NCBI GenBank assembly: GCA_965277805.1 | Contig: OZ255842.1 | Location: 3,392,001-3,456,000 of the forward strand | From: Candidatus Lustribacter sp. | GTDB lineage: Bacteria; Vulcanimicrobiota; Vulcanimicrobiia; Vulcanimicrobiales; Vulcanimicrobiaceae | Length of the DNA: 64,000 nucleotides | Reading direction: 5' to 3' | Part shown: one piece after another, positions 52,665 through 62,030 of the stretch | Numbering within the stretch: position 1 is the stretch's first letter | Layout of the letters: each line of letters starts with the position of its first letter | Notes under the pieces: model-generated | Told to the model about the DNA's origin: nothing | Databases searched by the model: none | What the model saw: only the letters and a program-made list of their open reading frames with translations | Made by a program: the position numbers and the translations under genes

Positions 52665-52684
52665 ATGGGGGAAATCCCTACCAT
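52665..52684 (-). promoter_or_regulatory. Putative LuxR-type operator upstream of the lipoprotein pair
   Basis: Minus strand ATGGTAGGGATTTCCCCCAT imperfect palindrome, just upstream of the -35 position of a promoter with -10 TAATCT (52636-41). Confidence 0.45.
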
Positions 52685-52800
52685 TAGCGGTCGCTCGATA
52701 GGTATGACAAGAGAGACGTCGTCAACTTGTCGATATCGCAACTGGGCGGATCGCTTCCCGCCGAGCGAATCCTTTGCCCCGGACCGATCGTCATCTGCGC

Positions 52801-53364
52801 ATGAGCGAAATCATCGTCATTCAATTCGTCACGATCGACGGCGTGACCCAAGACCCCGATGGTTCCGAGGGATCCGAGCATGGCCGCTGGGCGTTCCGTT
52901 ACGGACCGCAAGCCGTCGCAGGCGACAAGTTCAAACTCGGCCCATTGCTGGACACCGGTACGCTCGTGCTGGGCCGACGCACCTGGCAGCTCTTCGCAAC
53001 CCTGTGGCCGGCGCGCACCGACGACTTTTCACAAAAGATGAACGCGATACAGAAGCTCGTCGTGAGCCGCACACTCGAACGCGTGGACGCTTGGAACAAC
53101 TCGACACTGCTTACCGGCGACGCGATCGGCCAACTTCGTCGCCGGAAGGAACGCGACGATCTCATCATCATCGGAAGCGACAGCCTCGTCCAGCTACTGC
53201 GCGAATACGATCTGGTCGATGAGTATCGTCTCCTCATCTTCCCGGTCGCGCTCGGCAGCGGCCGGCGGCTCTTCCCCGAGGGCTACAGCCCGCGAGAACT
53301 CGAGATACGCAGCGTCGAGCAGTCCGGCGAAGCGTGCCTTTTACGGCTCGGCGTCACACGTTGA
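52801..53364 (+). CDS. Dihydrofolate reductase / RibD C-terminal domain family protein
   Basis: 'QFVTIDGV', 'VLGRRTW', 'IIGSDSLV', 'DLVDEYRLLIFPVALGSGRRLF'. Confidence 0.9.
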   Translation: MSEIIVIQFVTIDGVTQDPDGSEGSEHGRWAFRYGPQAVAGDKFKLGPLLDTGTLVLGRRTWQLFATLWPARTDDFSQKMNAIQKLVVSRTLERVDAWNNSTLLTGDAIGQLRRRKERDDLIIIGSDSLVQLLREYDLVDEYRLLIFPVALGSGRRLFPEGYSPRELEIRSVEQSGEACLLRLGVTR

Positions 53365-53605
53365 TGCGGCACGATACGAGCGAAATGCCGGCGAGGGTGA
53401 CCAGACCGGCGCCCACCGGCACGACGGCCACGACCGCGCCCACCACGGCCCACGCAAACAAGTAGAGGGCTCCGAATGCGATGCCGCGGCGCTTGCAGTG
53501 CTGCACTGCGCCCGGCAGCATCATCACGACCATCATGGCAACCATCGTTGCCATCGACGTCGAGAAAACGGGCACGGCATCTGCCATGCCCGGCATTCCC
53601 GTCAT
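53354..53605 (-). pseudogene. Truncated DUF2182-like (metal-binding membrane protein) remnant
   Basis: 'MVAMMVVMMLPG' and 'F..LYLFAW' motifs; ATGA-coupled to DUF899; only 83 aa. Confidence 0.55.
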
Positions 53606-54315
53606 GTCGCTTGGGCGGCTTCCAATACCGAGTTCCACTGGGGATCGGCATCGGCGCCGTAATTGTCGTGCCAGTTCCACCACGTGTACGGTTCGCTCTG
53701 CGGGTAACCCGGCGGCGAGACTTCCCACGTTTCTTGGCGTCCGAGCGGCGTCAGGTCGAGATAGCTCCACGTACTGCCCATCGCTTCGTCGCCGCGGCCG
53801 TTGATGAAGTACGTGCGGAAGATGCGTTCCCCATCGCGGAAAAAGACATTGTGACCGTGCCATTCATCGACGCCGTGATCGCGATCGAAGCTATCGGTGA
53901 TGCTGTACCACGGCATTTGCCAACCCATCCGTGCCTTGAGCCGCGCGATGTCCGGCTGCGGTGCGCGAGAGACGTACGCAAGCGTTGTGTCGCGCGCATT
54001 CAAGTGCGCGAGATGAGCGACCTGATCGGCCCCGAACGAGCAGCCGCGACAAGCATGCTCGGGCCACCCGAACACGTCCGGGTCGAAGAACGCGCGGTAG
54101 ACGATCAACTGAGGGCGTCCCTCGAAGAGGTCGAGGAGGCTCACCGCGCCGTTCGGTCCGTCGAACGCATACGGTCTCTCGACCGGCGTCCACGGCATGC
54201 GCCGCCGCTCGGCGGCCAGCGCATCGCGAGCATGCGTCAAGGCTTTCTCTTTCACGAGCAATTGCTCGCGCGCAGTTTCCCACTCTTCGGGCGTTACGAC
54301 CGGCGGCGTGTTCAT
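53602..54315 (-). CDS. DUF899 family (thioredoxin-like) protein
   Basis: 'LLVKEKALT', 'SLLDLFEGRPQLIVY', 'CRGCS', 'LDLTPLGRQE'. Confidence 0.92.
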   Translation of the reverse strand: MNTPPVVTPEEWETAREQLLVKEKALTHARDALAAERRRMPWTPVERPYAFDGPNGAVSLLDLFEGRPQLIVYRAFFDPDVFGWPEHACRGCSFGADQVAHLAHLNARDTTLAYVSRAPQPDIARLKARMGWQMPWYSITDSFDRDHGVDEWHGHNVFFRDGERIFRTYFINGRGDEAMGSTWSYLDLTPLGRQETWEVSPPGYPQSEPYTWWNWHDNYGADADPQWNSVLEAAQAT

Positions 54316-54770
54316 GATGCTTCCAACACCGTCGCCAGATGATCGATGATCTGGGTCCAGCCTTCCTCGTGACGCTCGCGCGACTCAACGCTCGCGAGCT
54401 TTTCATGCGTGAGCACGAGTTCGGTTGCGCCGTTGCGCTCGATGAAGTCGAGTGAGAGCAGCGACTCGTGTTCCTCGGCCGGATCGTCTTCTTCCCAGCG
54501 CCACGTCATCACGAGGCGCTGTGGCGCGTTGACTTCGAGATAGGTGCCGCGCGCGACGAAGCGTCCGCTTTCGGGCGTGTCCATCTCGATGCAAAATGCA
54601 CCGCCCACCTTGACGTCCATCTGACTGACCGTCGCTTTGATTTCGCCGGGTCCCAAAAAACGCGCGGCGATTTCGGGGTTGGTCCACGCGGCGAAAACAC
54701 GTTCGCGCGGAACGGGATAGGTGCGCCGGAGTACGAGTGCGGCCACCGCCGGCGACTGCAAGTTCGTCAT
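54312..54770 (-). CDS. SRPBCC/AHSA1 family protein
   Basis: 'RERVFAAWT', 'DVKVGG', 'TELVLTHE', 'HEEGW'. Confidence 0.92.
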   Translation of the reverse strand: MTNLQSPAVAALVLRRTYPVPRERVFAAWTNPEIAARFLGPGEIKATVSQMDVKVGGAFCIEMDTPESGRFVARGTYLEVNAPQRLVMTWRWEEDDPAEEHESLLSLDFIERNGATELVLTHEKLASVESRERHEEGWTQIIDHLATVLEAS

Positions 54771-55114
54771 GTTCTTTTCTTCTTTCGGGGAGCAGGTTCG
54801 TTGAGGACCTCGCCGAGCCGGTCGAGCGCGTGGTTCCAGAACGCGGTCTGCTTGCCGATCCAGCCTGCTGCAGCACTCATCGCCTCGGGCGCGAGGGTGC
54901 AGTGGTGAACGCGGCCGACGACGCGCCGGTCGAGCACGCCGGAATCTTCGAGCACGCGCACGTGCCGCGAAATTGCCGGCTGCGAGATGGGAAACTCGGC
55001 GGCGATCTCGCCGATCGTCAGCGGCCCGCGCGCGAGGCGCTCCACGATGCGCCTTCGGGTCGGGTCGGAGAGGGCGGCAAAGACCGCGTCGAGGTTTCCC
55101 GGACTGTTAACCAT
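54767..55114 (-). CDS. ArsR/SmtB family regulator
   Basis: 'LDAVFAALSDPTRRRIV', 'ISQPAISRHVRVLE', 'FWNHALDRL'. Confidence 0.92.
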   Translation of the reverse strand: MVNSPGNLDAVFAALSDPTRRRIVERLARGPLTIGEIAAEFPISQPAISRHVRVLEDSGVLDRRVVGRVHHCTLAPEAMSAAAGWIGKQTAFWNHALDRLGEVLNEPAPRKKKRT

Positions 55115-55123
55115 AATGTTATA
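55107..55123. promoter_or_regulatory. Putative ArsR autorepression operator overlapping its start codon
   Basis: AT-rich imperfect palindrome TTAACCATAATGTTATA in GC-rich DNA. Confidence 0.55.
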
Positions 55124-55159
55124 TAACCTTATCATTATATATTGGCCCGGTCAAGCACC

Positions 55160-55620
55160 ACCGGGACACCAGCGCGGGATCCAGCTTGGCAACCTTGGCG
55201 AAGACCGCCGAGCTCCCGAATCAGCCCGGCACGCACCGCGTCGGTCTTTTGCGGCTCGGTGATGATCGCCGCCTGGATGATGCCGCGCTGCAGCGATTAC
55301 CCCATCTCGCTGAACTTCAGCTCGATGAACTTCACTTTGTCGTGCGGTACCCTGTTCGCATCGAACCAGCCGAGAACGCTCAGCTGGTTGAAGTCGCCGA
55401 GCGTCGATACACCGATCGTCCCGGCGGCGAGATCGCGGGCCGACTTGATCGGCGAGTCTTTGGCGACAACGAGATTAGGATCGGCGTTTTTTCTTCGAAT
55501 AGAGCGATGCCGGCGCGATCATCTGCAGCGGCAAACCTTTGGCAACGGCAGCCGCGATTTGCGGCGCGTTACCCATGCCGACGTCGAGATCGCCGGCACC
55601 GCCGATTGCGGCATTCGAAC
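55160..55620 (-). pseudogene. Degraded SsuA/THI5-family substrate-binding protein (boundaries approximate)
   Basis: 'GDLDVGMGNAPQIAAAVAKGLPLQMIAPASLY', +1 frameshift in an A run near 55490, then 'VVAKDSPIKSARDL...VKFIELKFSEMG*' (TAA 55297-99), then a deletion to 'AKVAKLDPAL'. Confidence 0.85.
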
Positions 55621-55812
55621 GCGCGACCTGGAACACCACATGGTAACGTCGCGCATGTCGTACTTGGCGGGCCACGTCTGCGGGACTAAATCCAAAGCGT
55701 ACGATTTTGCAAAGAGCCGGCCGATGATCGGCGACCGCTTCGTGATGATTAGCGTACCCATCGGCCACCGGTCCGTACCGGTGGCTCGAGGAGTACGCAA
55801 ACGACCGTCCCG

Positions 55813-56316
55813 TTAGGCCAATTGCGTGAGCAGCGTCTCCGCGTTGGACACTTCGAATTTACCGGGTTCCTCGACGTTCAGTTGCACGACTTTGCCGTTG
55901 TCGACCAGCGCCGAAAAACGTTTGGTGCGCGCACCCATCCCCGGCCCGCCTTGGACGAGTCCCAACGCATTCGACCAGTCGGCCGTTGCATCACCCAGGA
56001 AGCGGATTTTGCCGAGCGCCTTTTGTTCGCGGCCCCAATGCGCCATCACGAACGCATCGTTGGTGGCCACGCACCAGACTTCGTCGACGCCGGCCTTCTT
56101 CAAGTCATCAAAATGTTGGAGATAGCCGGGGACGTGCTTGGCTGAACACGTCGGTGTATAGGCACCCGGCACGCCGAAGATCGCGACCTTCTTGCCCTTT
56201 ACTGCATCGGCGACCTTAACGTCTTTCGGCGCCATCGCGCACGACGTGGCCGAGTCGAATTCCGTGGTCTCTTTGAGTTCGCCATCCGGTAGCTGGTCGC
56301 CGACTTTTACTGACAT
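55813..56316 (-). CDS. Peroxiredoxin, Prx5 type
   Basis: 'GVPGAYTPTCSAKHVPGY', 'NDAFVMAHWG'; RBS GGAG. Confidence 0.93.
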   Translation of the reverse strand: MSVKVGDQLPDGELKETTEFDSATSCAMAPKDVKVADAVKGKKVAIFGVPGAYTPTCSAKHVPGYLQHFDDLKKAGVDEVWCVATNDAFVMAHWGREQKALGKIRFLGDATADWSNALGLVQGGPGMGARTKRFSALVDNGKVVQLNVEEPGKFEVSNAETLLTQLA

Positions 56317-56404
56317 GCGTGATATTCTCCAGTCGTTGCAATGTGTCTGGACGGACCCTTCGCGCTGTGGCGGATGATTCCACCCGTGGACGAATCTCTC
56401 AGCG

Positions 56405-57538
56405 ATGATTCAGCCGGCGTCCGGCTCTCGCAGCCGCGTATCCACCTTCAGCCGCAATGCGTTCAAACTCGGCCTCTTCGGGTTGAACCTTTCCTCCGGC
56501 CGGTCGGCGACCAAAGTGCCGGAACGCTGGTCCGGCAACTGGGACGATAACCTCAAGGCCGCCCAATTGGCGGACGACGCCGGGATGGACTTCCACCTGC
56601 CCGTCGCGCGCTGGAAAGGCTACGGCGGCGCGACCAACTTCGAAGGCGCGGGGTTCGAATCCACCGCGTGGGCGTGCGGCCTGCTCGCGGCGACGAAGAA
56701 CATCACGGTCTTCGCAACCGTGCACGCGCCGCTCGTTCACCCGGTGTTCGCCGCGAAGCAATTCGTCACGGCCGATCAGATCAGCCACGGCCGCTTCGGG
56801 CTCAATCTCGTGTGCGGCTGGAACTCCGATGAGTTCGAGATGTTCGGCGTCGAACAGCGCGAGCACGCGGAACGCTACGCGCACGGCGCCGAGTGGATCA
56901 CGGCGGTGAAGCGCATGTGGAGCGAAGCCGAACCATTCGACTTCGACGGCGAATTTTTCCAGCTCAAGCACGTTGAAGCCGAGCCCAAGCCCTTCGGTGG
57001 AACGCGGCCGATCATCATGAACGCGGGAACGTCGCCGCGCGGGCAAGAGTTCGCGGTAACGCACGCCGACATGCTGTTTCGTAACTGGCGCAGCCTGGAA
57101 GAAAATCGCGCGGACAATGCGGCATCTCTCGCGGCGGCCGCGGCAAGCGGTCGGGACATCGGAATCTACACGTCCGGCTACGCGGTCTGCCGGCCGACGC
57201 GTAAAGAAGCGCTCGACTACGAACACTACGTTGCCGACGAGAACGGTGACTGGGACGCGATCGATCACATGATGGAGCTATCCGCGGCCGGCAAAGTCGT
57301 GCCGATGGACAGCAATAACGAGATGATGATGCAACGGCGCCGGCGCATCGCGGTCGGACACGGCGGCTGCCCGATCGTCGGAACGCCCGACGAGTGCGCC
57401 GCCGGCTTGCAGCAACTGCACGAAGCGGGCTTCGCCGGGTTCGCGTTTTCGTTCGTGAACTACCTCACGGAGTTCCCGTACTTCCGCGACGAGGTGCTGC
57501 CGCGGCTCGAGCGGCTCGGACTACGCGAGCCCGGTTAG
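56405..57538 (+). CDS. LLM class flavin-dependent monooxygenase (SfnG/RutA-related)
   Basis: 'FKLGLFGLN', 'PVARWKGYGG', 'FATVHAP', 'GRFGLNLVCGWN', 'MNAGTSPRG'. Confidence 0.9.
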   Translation: MIQPASGSRSRVSTFSRNAFKLGLFGLNLSSGRSATKVPERWSGNWDDNLKAAQLADDAGMDFHLPVARWKGYGGATNFEGAGFESTAWACGLLAATKNITVFATVHAPLVHPVFAAKQFVTADQISHGRFGLNLVCGWNSDEFEMFGVEQREHAERYAHGAEWITAVKRMWSEAEPFDFDGEFFQLKHVEAEPKPFGGTRPIIMNAGTSPRGQEFAVTHADMLFRNWRSLEENRADNAASLAAAAASGRDIGIYTSGYAVCRPTRKEALDYEHYVADENGDWDAIDHMMELSAAGKVVPMDSNNEMMMQRRRRIAVGHGGCPIVGTPDECAAGLQQLHEAGFAGFAFSFVNYLTEFPYFRDEVLPRLERLGLREPG

Positions 57539-59026
57539 CGCGCTTTCCAAGGCGGCGATGAGTACCGGCGGGTCGCCGGTGCCGAACGCGTAGTGGTCGG
57601 GGCGGACGAGCGCGCACGACGCCCCGGCCGAGGCGAACCACGCGGCGATGAACGGGTCGCGTTCCTCGACGAGGATGGGATCGGCAAGCGCGATTCCATC
57701 GCTTGCAAGTTTGACCGGGGTGATCCGGATGGCGCGGGTTGCCGTGATGTCGACGAGACGGAAGCCTTGCTGCACGTCATCGAAGAGCATTCCGCCGGAC
57801 GTCAGCGGCTGCGGGAAGATCGTGCCGGCGGCTGGTGAGGCGTGCAAACAGCCATCGGTCAGCGGCGGAACGATCGCGCTGCGAATCCGCACCGGCGGCG
57901 CGCCGTTGCCCTCCGCGAGCAGACGCGCGTCGCGCTCGCGAGCGGCCGCCGGATCGCGTTCGCCGATCAGTTCCCCGAACGTCTTTGCGACCAGCGTCGT
58001 CGCGCGCACGTGCGGCGCACGTTCGCGCTGATAGGTGTCGAGCAGCGCATCGCTCGCGCCACCTGAGAGTATCGCGTCGAGCTTCCACGCCAGGTTCGCC
58101 GCATCGCGCAAACCTTGGCAGAGGCCTTGGGTGAGAAACGGGGGCGTGACGTGCGCGGCGTCACCGGCCAGCGCGATGCGGCCACGGCGCCAGCGATCGG
58201 CGATGAGCGTGTGAAAGCGGTACGGCGCAACCCGCCACAAGGTCGCATCGGCGCGCGTGATCCAGCGCTCCAGCAAGCGCCACACGCCGGCCTCGGTCGA
58301 TGCTTGGAGCGGATCCTCGCCCGGCAACAACATCATCTCCCAGCGGCGTACATTGCGCGGACCGATCACATACGAACACGGCCGCGCGGGCTCGCAGTAT
58401 TGCACGTTCGTTTGCGGCAGCCGGTTTAACGCCGCGGCATCGACGTGCACGTCGGCCACGAGCCACGGCTGATCGAAGGCCAGATCCTCGAACGTCGCGC
58501 CGATCGTGCGGCGTAGGGTTCCCGCCGCGCCGTCTGCGCCGAGGACGTATTTCGAGCGCACGATTCGTGGGCGTCCGGCGCCGCCGCGCAATGTCAGCTC
58601 GACGGCGTCGTCGCCTTCGTTGCAGGCGATCATCTCGCAGCCGAGGGCGAGCTCCACGCTCGGATAGCTCGCAGCGGTCGCGCGCAATTCCGCTTCGAGT
58701 TCGGGCTGCACGAAACTGTAGTATGGCGCCCAGCCGGCGGCGTAGGGCGGCGGCGCGAACTCGATGCGCTGGATCGTCCGCCCGTCGATCCCTCGGTACT
58801 CGCTCGGACAGAAGCGGTCGACGATGCTGGCCACGCGATCGGCGGCGCCCGCAGCTTGAAAGATGCGCATCGCGTCGTGATCGAAGCCGATCGCGCGTGG
58901 CTTCGCGTAGATCTCGCGCTCGCGATCGACGGCGAGGACGCGGCGTCCGGCCCGGCCGAGCAGCGCCGCCGCCGTGACGCCGACGGGACCGAGCCCGACG
59001 ATCGCAACGTCGACGTCTTCAGACAT
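57521..59026 (-). CDS. FAD-dependent aromatic hydroxylase, MhpA (3-hydroxyphenylpropionate hydroxylase)-like
   Basis: 'IVGLGPVG', 'PRAIGFD', 'GADGA', 'LAGDAAHVTPPFLTQGLCQGLRDAANLAWKL', 'VRPDHY'. Confidence 0.9.
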   Translation of the reverse strand: MSEDVDVAIVGLGPVGVTAAALLGRAGRRVLAVDREREIYAKPRAIGFDHDAMRIFQAAGAADRVASIVDRFCPSEYRGIDGRTIQRIEFAPPPYAAGWAPYYSFVQPELEAELRATAASYPSVELALGCEMIACNEGDDAVELTLRGGAGRPRIVRSKYVLGADGAAGTLRRTIGATFEDLAFDQPWLVADVHVDAAALNRLPQTNVQYCEPARPCSYVIGPRNVRRWEMMLLPGEDPLQASTEAGVWRLLERWITRADATLWRVAPYRFHTLIADRWRRGRIALAGDAAHVTPPFLTQGLCQGLRDAANLAWKLDAILSGGASDALLDTYQRERAPHVRATTLVAKTFGELIGERDPAAARERDARLLAEGNGAPPVRIRSAIVPPLTDGCLHASPAAGTIFPQPLTSGGMLFDDVQQGFRLVDITATRAIRITPVKLASDGIALADPILVEERDPFIAAWFASAGASCALVRPDHYAFGTGDPPVLIAALESALTGLA

Positions 59027-59035
59027 GCGCGCGCG

Positions 59036-59986
59036 TCAATCGCGATCGACGTGTTGCGGCCAGTGGTCTCCCCAGCCCGGACGCCGGCCGGCGTCTTCGT
59101 TCCGAATGAACCACGAACTCCCGCCGTGCGGAATGCTCTCGTGCTCTTGCGGTGTCCAATGATCGGTGATGTAGTCGATGTCGCAACCAACTTCCACCAA
59201 ACCGCCGGCGGGATTCTCGAAGTACCAGTACACGTTCGAACCGGCAACGTGCCGGCCCGGACCGACGTGCGAGCGCCAGCCGTTGGCTTCCATGTGCCGG
59301 CCGCAGAGCATGACCTCGTCGATGTTGCGCACTTCGAACGCGACGTGCTGAAAGCCGGCGTTGTTGCCGCGTGTTTGCAAGAACAGGTTGTGGTGATCGT
59401 GGCCGAGCGGTGCGCGGAGGAACCAGCCGACCCCGGTGACCGACTCCGTGACGTGGAAGCCGAGCACGTCGCAGTAGAACGCGCGCATCTCTTCGCGCTT
59501 ACGCGGCACCCACAGGACCGCATGAATCATGCGCTGCTGCCGCACGCGATACGGCTCGGCCGCTTCGGCGCGCCGATCGCGGCGGCCGATCGATCCGACG
59601 GTGTTTAGGGCGGCGTGCGGCGGCGTCAACGCGCGCGCGGTTGCCGGCGCGAACGCAAGCGCGTAGCCGAGCGGATCGACGGCGCGCACGGTTCCGTCAG
59701 CGCCGGTCTGCGCGCGTGCACCCAACGCGGCGCCCAGATCGCGCAGCGCAGCCGCCGATGCGACACCCCAGACGATCTCGCGGACGGTCGAACCGCCGAC
59801 AACGGCAGCGGGCAGCGCCGGATCGCCGGCTTTGCGCAAGCGAATCTGCGTCCCGTCGGCCAGCGCAAAATCGACGGCACCGGCCGCCTCGTGTGCGCGC
59901 GCAAGGCCCCAATCGTCATAGAAGGCGGCGGCACGCGGGAGATCTTCGACGCCGTAGACGAGTGCCTCCAAACCGACGATGCTCAC
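59036..59986 (-). CDS. VOC family extradiol-type dioxygenase
   Basis: C-domain ligands 'IHAV', 'FQHVAFE', 'LVE'; 'GPGRHVAGSNVYWYF'. Confidence 0.85.
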   Translation of the reverse strand: MSIVGLEALVYGVEDLPRAAAFYDDWGLARAHEAAGAVDFALADGTQIRLRKAGDPALPAAVVGGSTVREIVWGVASAAALRDLGAALGARAQTGADGTVRAVDPLGYALAFAPATARALTPPHAALNTVGSIGRRDRRAEAAEPYRVRQQRMIHAVLWVPRKREEMRAFYCDVLGFHVTESVTGVGWFLRAPLGHDHHNLFLQTRGNNAGFQHVAFEVRNIDEVMLCGRHMEANGWRSHVGPGRHVAGSNVYWYFENPAGGLVEVGCDIDYITDHWTPQEHESIPHGGSSWFIRNEDAGRRPGWGDHWPQHVDRD

Positions 59987-60055
59987 GCGCTGTTCTCCGT
60001 CACCGCGATTCGCGGTTCCCGGGTCCGACAGCGAGATCGGCGAAGGGGAAGATTT

Positions 60056-61240
60056 ATGAGAGTGTCTGATTTCCGCGCGCTATCGGCGGCCTTGCTCGCT
60101 GCCCTGATCGGCACCGCGCCCGCACAAGCGCAGCCCGCGCCGATCACCATCGACGTCGTCTTACCGCTGACGGGCCCATCCGCGTTCGTGGGGCAGGCGC
60201 TCGCCCAAACGGTCGCCGCCTTTGAGAAGTACGCCAACGCGCATGGGGGCGTGCACGGCCAGCCGATTCACTTTTCCATCAGCGACGATCAAACGAGTCC
60301 CCAAGTCGCGCTGCAATTGGCAAACGCCGCAATCGCGCGGCACGTTCCGGTAATCCTCGGTTCCGGCGTTACGGCGACGTGCGCCTCGATCGGCGCCGCC
60401 GTCGCCGCGAACGGGCCGGTGGAGTTCTGCGGGTCGCCCGGCTACTCGCCGCCGCCGAACTCGTACGCGTTTGCCAGCACGACCACGATTGCCAGCTCCG
60501 CGCACGCGCAGCTCACCTACGCCAAACTGCGCAACTTTCGCCGCATCGCATTTCTGCTCTCGACCGACGCCACCGGCATCGCGTCGGCGGCGGTCTACGC
60601 CGCCGCGCTCAAGCAGCCCGATCTACGTGACATCGAGCTGGTCGCCGACGAGCGGCTCAGCAATTCGGACATCTCCGCCGCCGCCCAGATGGCGAAGATC
60701 AAGGCGGCGAAGCCGGACGTTCTCTACACGTCCACGACCGGAACATTGTTCTCAACCGTCATGCGCGGGATGAGCGATGCCGGCCTGAGCATCCCCGTCA
60801 TCACCACGACGGCCAACGCCAACCTGCCGCAACTGAAATCGCTGTCGGACGTGCTGCCGCACGAGGTCTTCTTCAACGGCTTCGCCCTGCGCCTCGGCGA
60901 TCAGCTGCGCGACAAAACCATTCGCGACCAGATCGCCGCGTTCACCGATGCCTTCAAACAAATCGGCGTCGTCCCGACCGATACGAACGGGCTGAATTGG
61001 GACGAACTCCAGCTCACGCTGGCCGGGTTCCGGCAGTTCGGTCCCACCATGACGGCCGAGCAACTCAAAACGTTCGTCCTCGGTCAAAGACACTTCGCCG
61101 GGATGAACGGCTACTATAATTTTTCGAGCGGCGATCAGCACGGTCTCGGGCCGGACGCGGTCGTCGTGATTGCCTACGATAAGGACAAAGGCGATTTTGC
61201 GCCGGCGAGCCAGCCTGGCGGAATTCCGCTCAAACGCTAG
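60056..61240 (+). CDS. ABC substrate-binding protein, LivK/Peripla_BP_6 family
   Basis: Signal peptide; 'PLTGPSAFVG', 'DDQTSPQVA', 'YNFSSGDQHGL'. Confidence 0.88.
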   Translation: MRVSDFRALSAALLAALIGTAPAQAQPAPITIDVVLPLTGPSAFVGQALAQTVAAFEKYANAHGGVHGQPIHFSISDDQTSPQVALQLANAAIARHVPVILGSGVTATCASIGAAVAANGPVEFCGSPGYSPPPNSYAFASTTTIASSAHAQLTYAKLRNFRRIAFLLSTDATGIASAAVYAAALKQPDLRDIELVADERLSNSDISAAAQMAKIKAAKPDVLYTSTTGTLFSTVMRGMSDAGLSIPVITTTANANLPQLKSLSDVLPHEVFFNGFALRLGDQLRDKTIRDQIAAFTDAFKQIGVVPTDTNGLNWDELQLTLAGFRQFGPTMTAEQLKTFVLGQRHFAGMNGYYNFSSGDQHGLGPDAVVVIAYDKDKGDFAPASQPGGIPLKR

Positions 61241-61973
61241 CGAGTTTCGGAAACACCGCGCGGCAGATCAGTTCCGACGCGCCGGCGATCAGCAGTTCGG
61301 GCGCGCAATCGCGGCGATCGTACACGAGCTGCTTCACGACGCCGGCCGTCATGCAACTGATGCCGTTTGCCAGCACCGCTGCATCGCCGACATCAGCAAT
61401 GCCGGCCTCGTCGAGCCGCGTGAGGTAGGCGACGAGGCTGCGCAACACCGTCTCGCGGTTGGCGCGCGCCTGCTTCGCGCGCTCGGCGCCGACCTTCTCT
61501 CCCGAGAGCATCACGCGCTGAATGCCCGGCCGCTGCACGATCGCGCGCAACAGCGATTCAACCCAGGACGCCAAGCGCGCGCGTTCGCGCGGCGCCGAGA
61601 CGAGCGGCTCGTCGGCGCTGAGCGGCACCTCGAGCAGCTGATCGTACACGGATCCCACCGCCGCGCTGAGGACGGCGGCGCGCCCGGCGAAGTGCCGGTA
61701 GAACGTCGCGCGCGAAACGCGAGCCGAGCGAACGAGCACGTCGATCGTCACGTGCGAAACGTCGCGCTTGTCGAGCAAGTTGAGCGCGGCTGCGATGATG
61801 CGCGCGCGCACGTCGTCGCGCGAGCGCCGGCGCACCGCCGCAACCCCGTTTCCTTTCACGCGCCCTAGATACGTCCAGCGCTGCTTCACGCGCTTGGTCT
61901 TGGGGTCACGGAAGCCTTCGACGTGGTATCGGTACTCGCGGCCCGCGATCAGTTTCGTTACCTGATATGCCAT
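61230..61973 (-). CDS. TetR/AcrR family regulator with an extra N-terminal domain
   Basis: TetR HTH 'RARIIAAALNLL...VTIDVLVRSARVSRATFYRHF' preceded by about 45 aa 'MAYQVTKLIAGREYRYHVEGFRDPKTKRVKQRWTYLGRV'. Confidence 0.85.
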   Translation of the reverse strand: MAYQVTKLIAGREYRYHVEGFRDPKTKRVKQRWTYLGRVKGNGVAAVRRRSRDDVRARIIAAALNLLDKRDVSHVTIDVLVRSARVSRATFYRHFAGRAAVLSAAVGSVYDQLLEVPLSADEPLVSAPRERARLASWVESLLRAIVQRPGIQRVMLSGEKVGAERAKQARANRETVLRSLVAYLTRLDEAGIADVGDAAVLANGISCMTAGVVKQLVYDRRDCAPELLIAGASELICRAVFPKLASV

Positions 61974-62030
61974 GGGGAAGAACCGCCCGCAGTTGGTAAG
62001 GTGGGTTTATCGTGTCTACTTTACCACAAC

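Noticed and set aside
55620..55800. Short minus-strand reading 'LFAKSYALDLVPQTWPAKYDMRDVTMW'
   Set aside because: May be a fragment of another decayed gene, but I cannot assign a family or a credible start
61840..61973. Transposase-like peptide as evidence of an IS element
   Set aside because: No DDE domain, terminal repeats or target duplication; it is fused in frame to TetR, so it is reported as a domain finding
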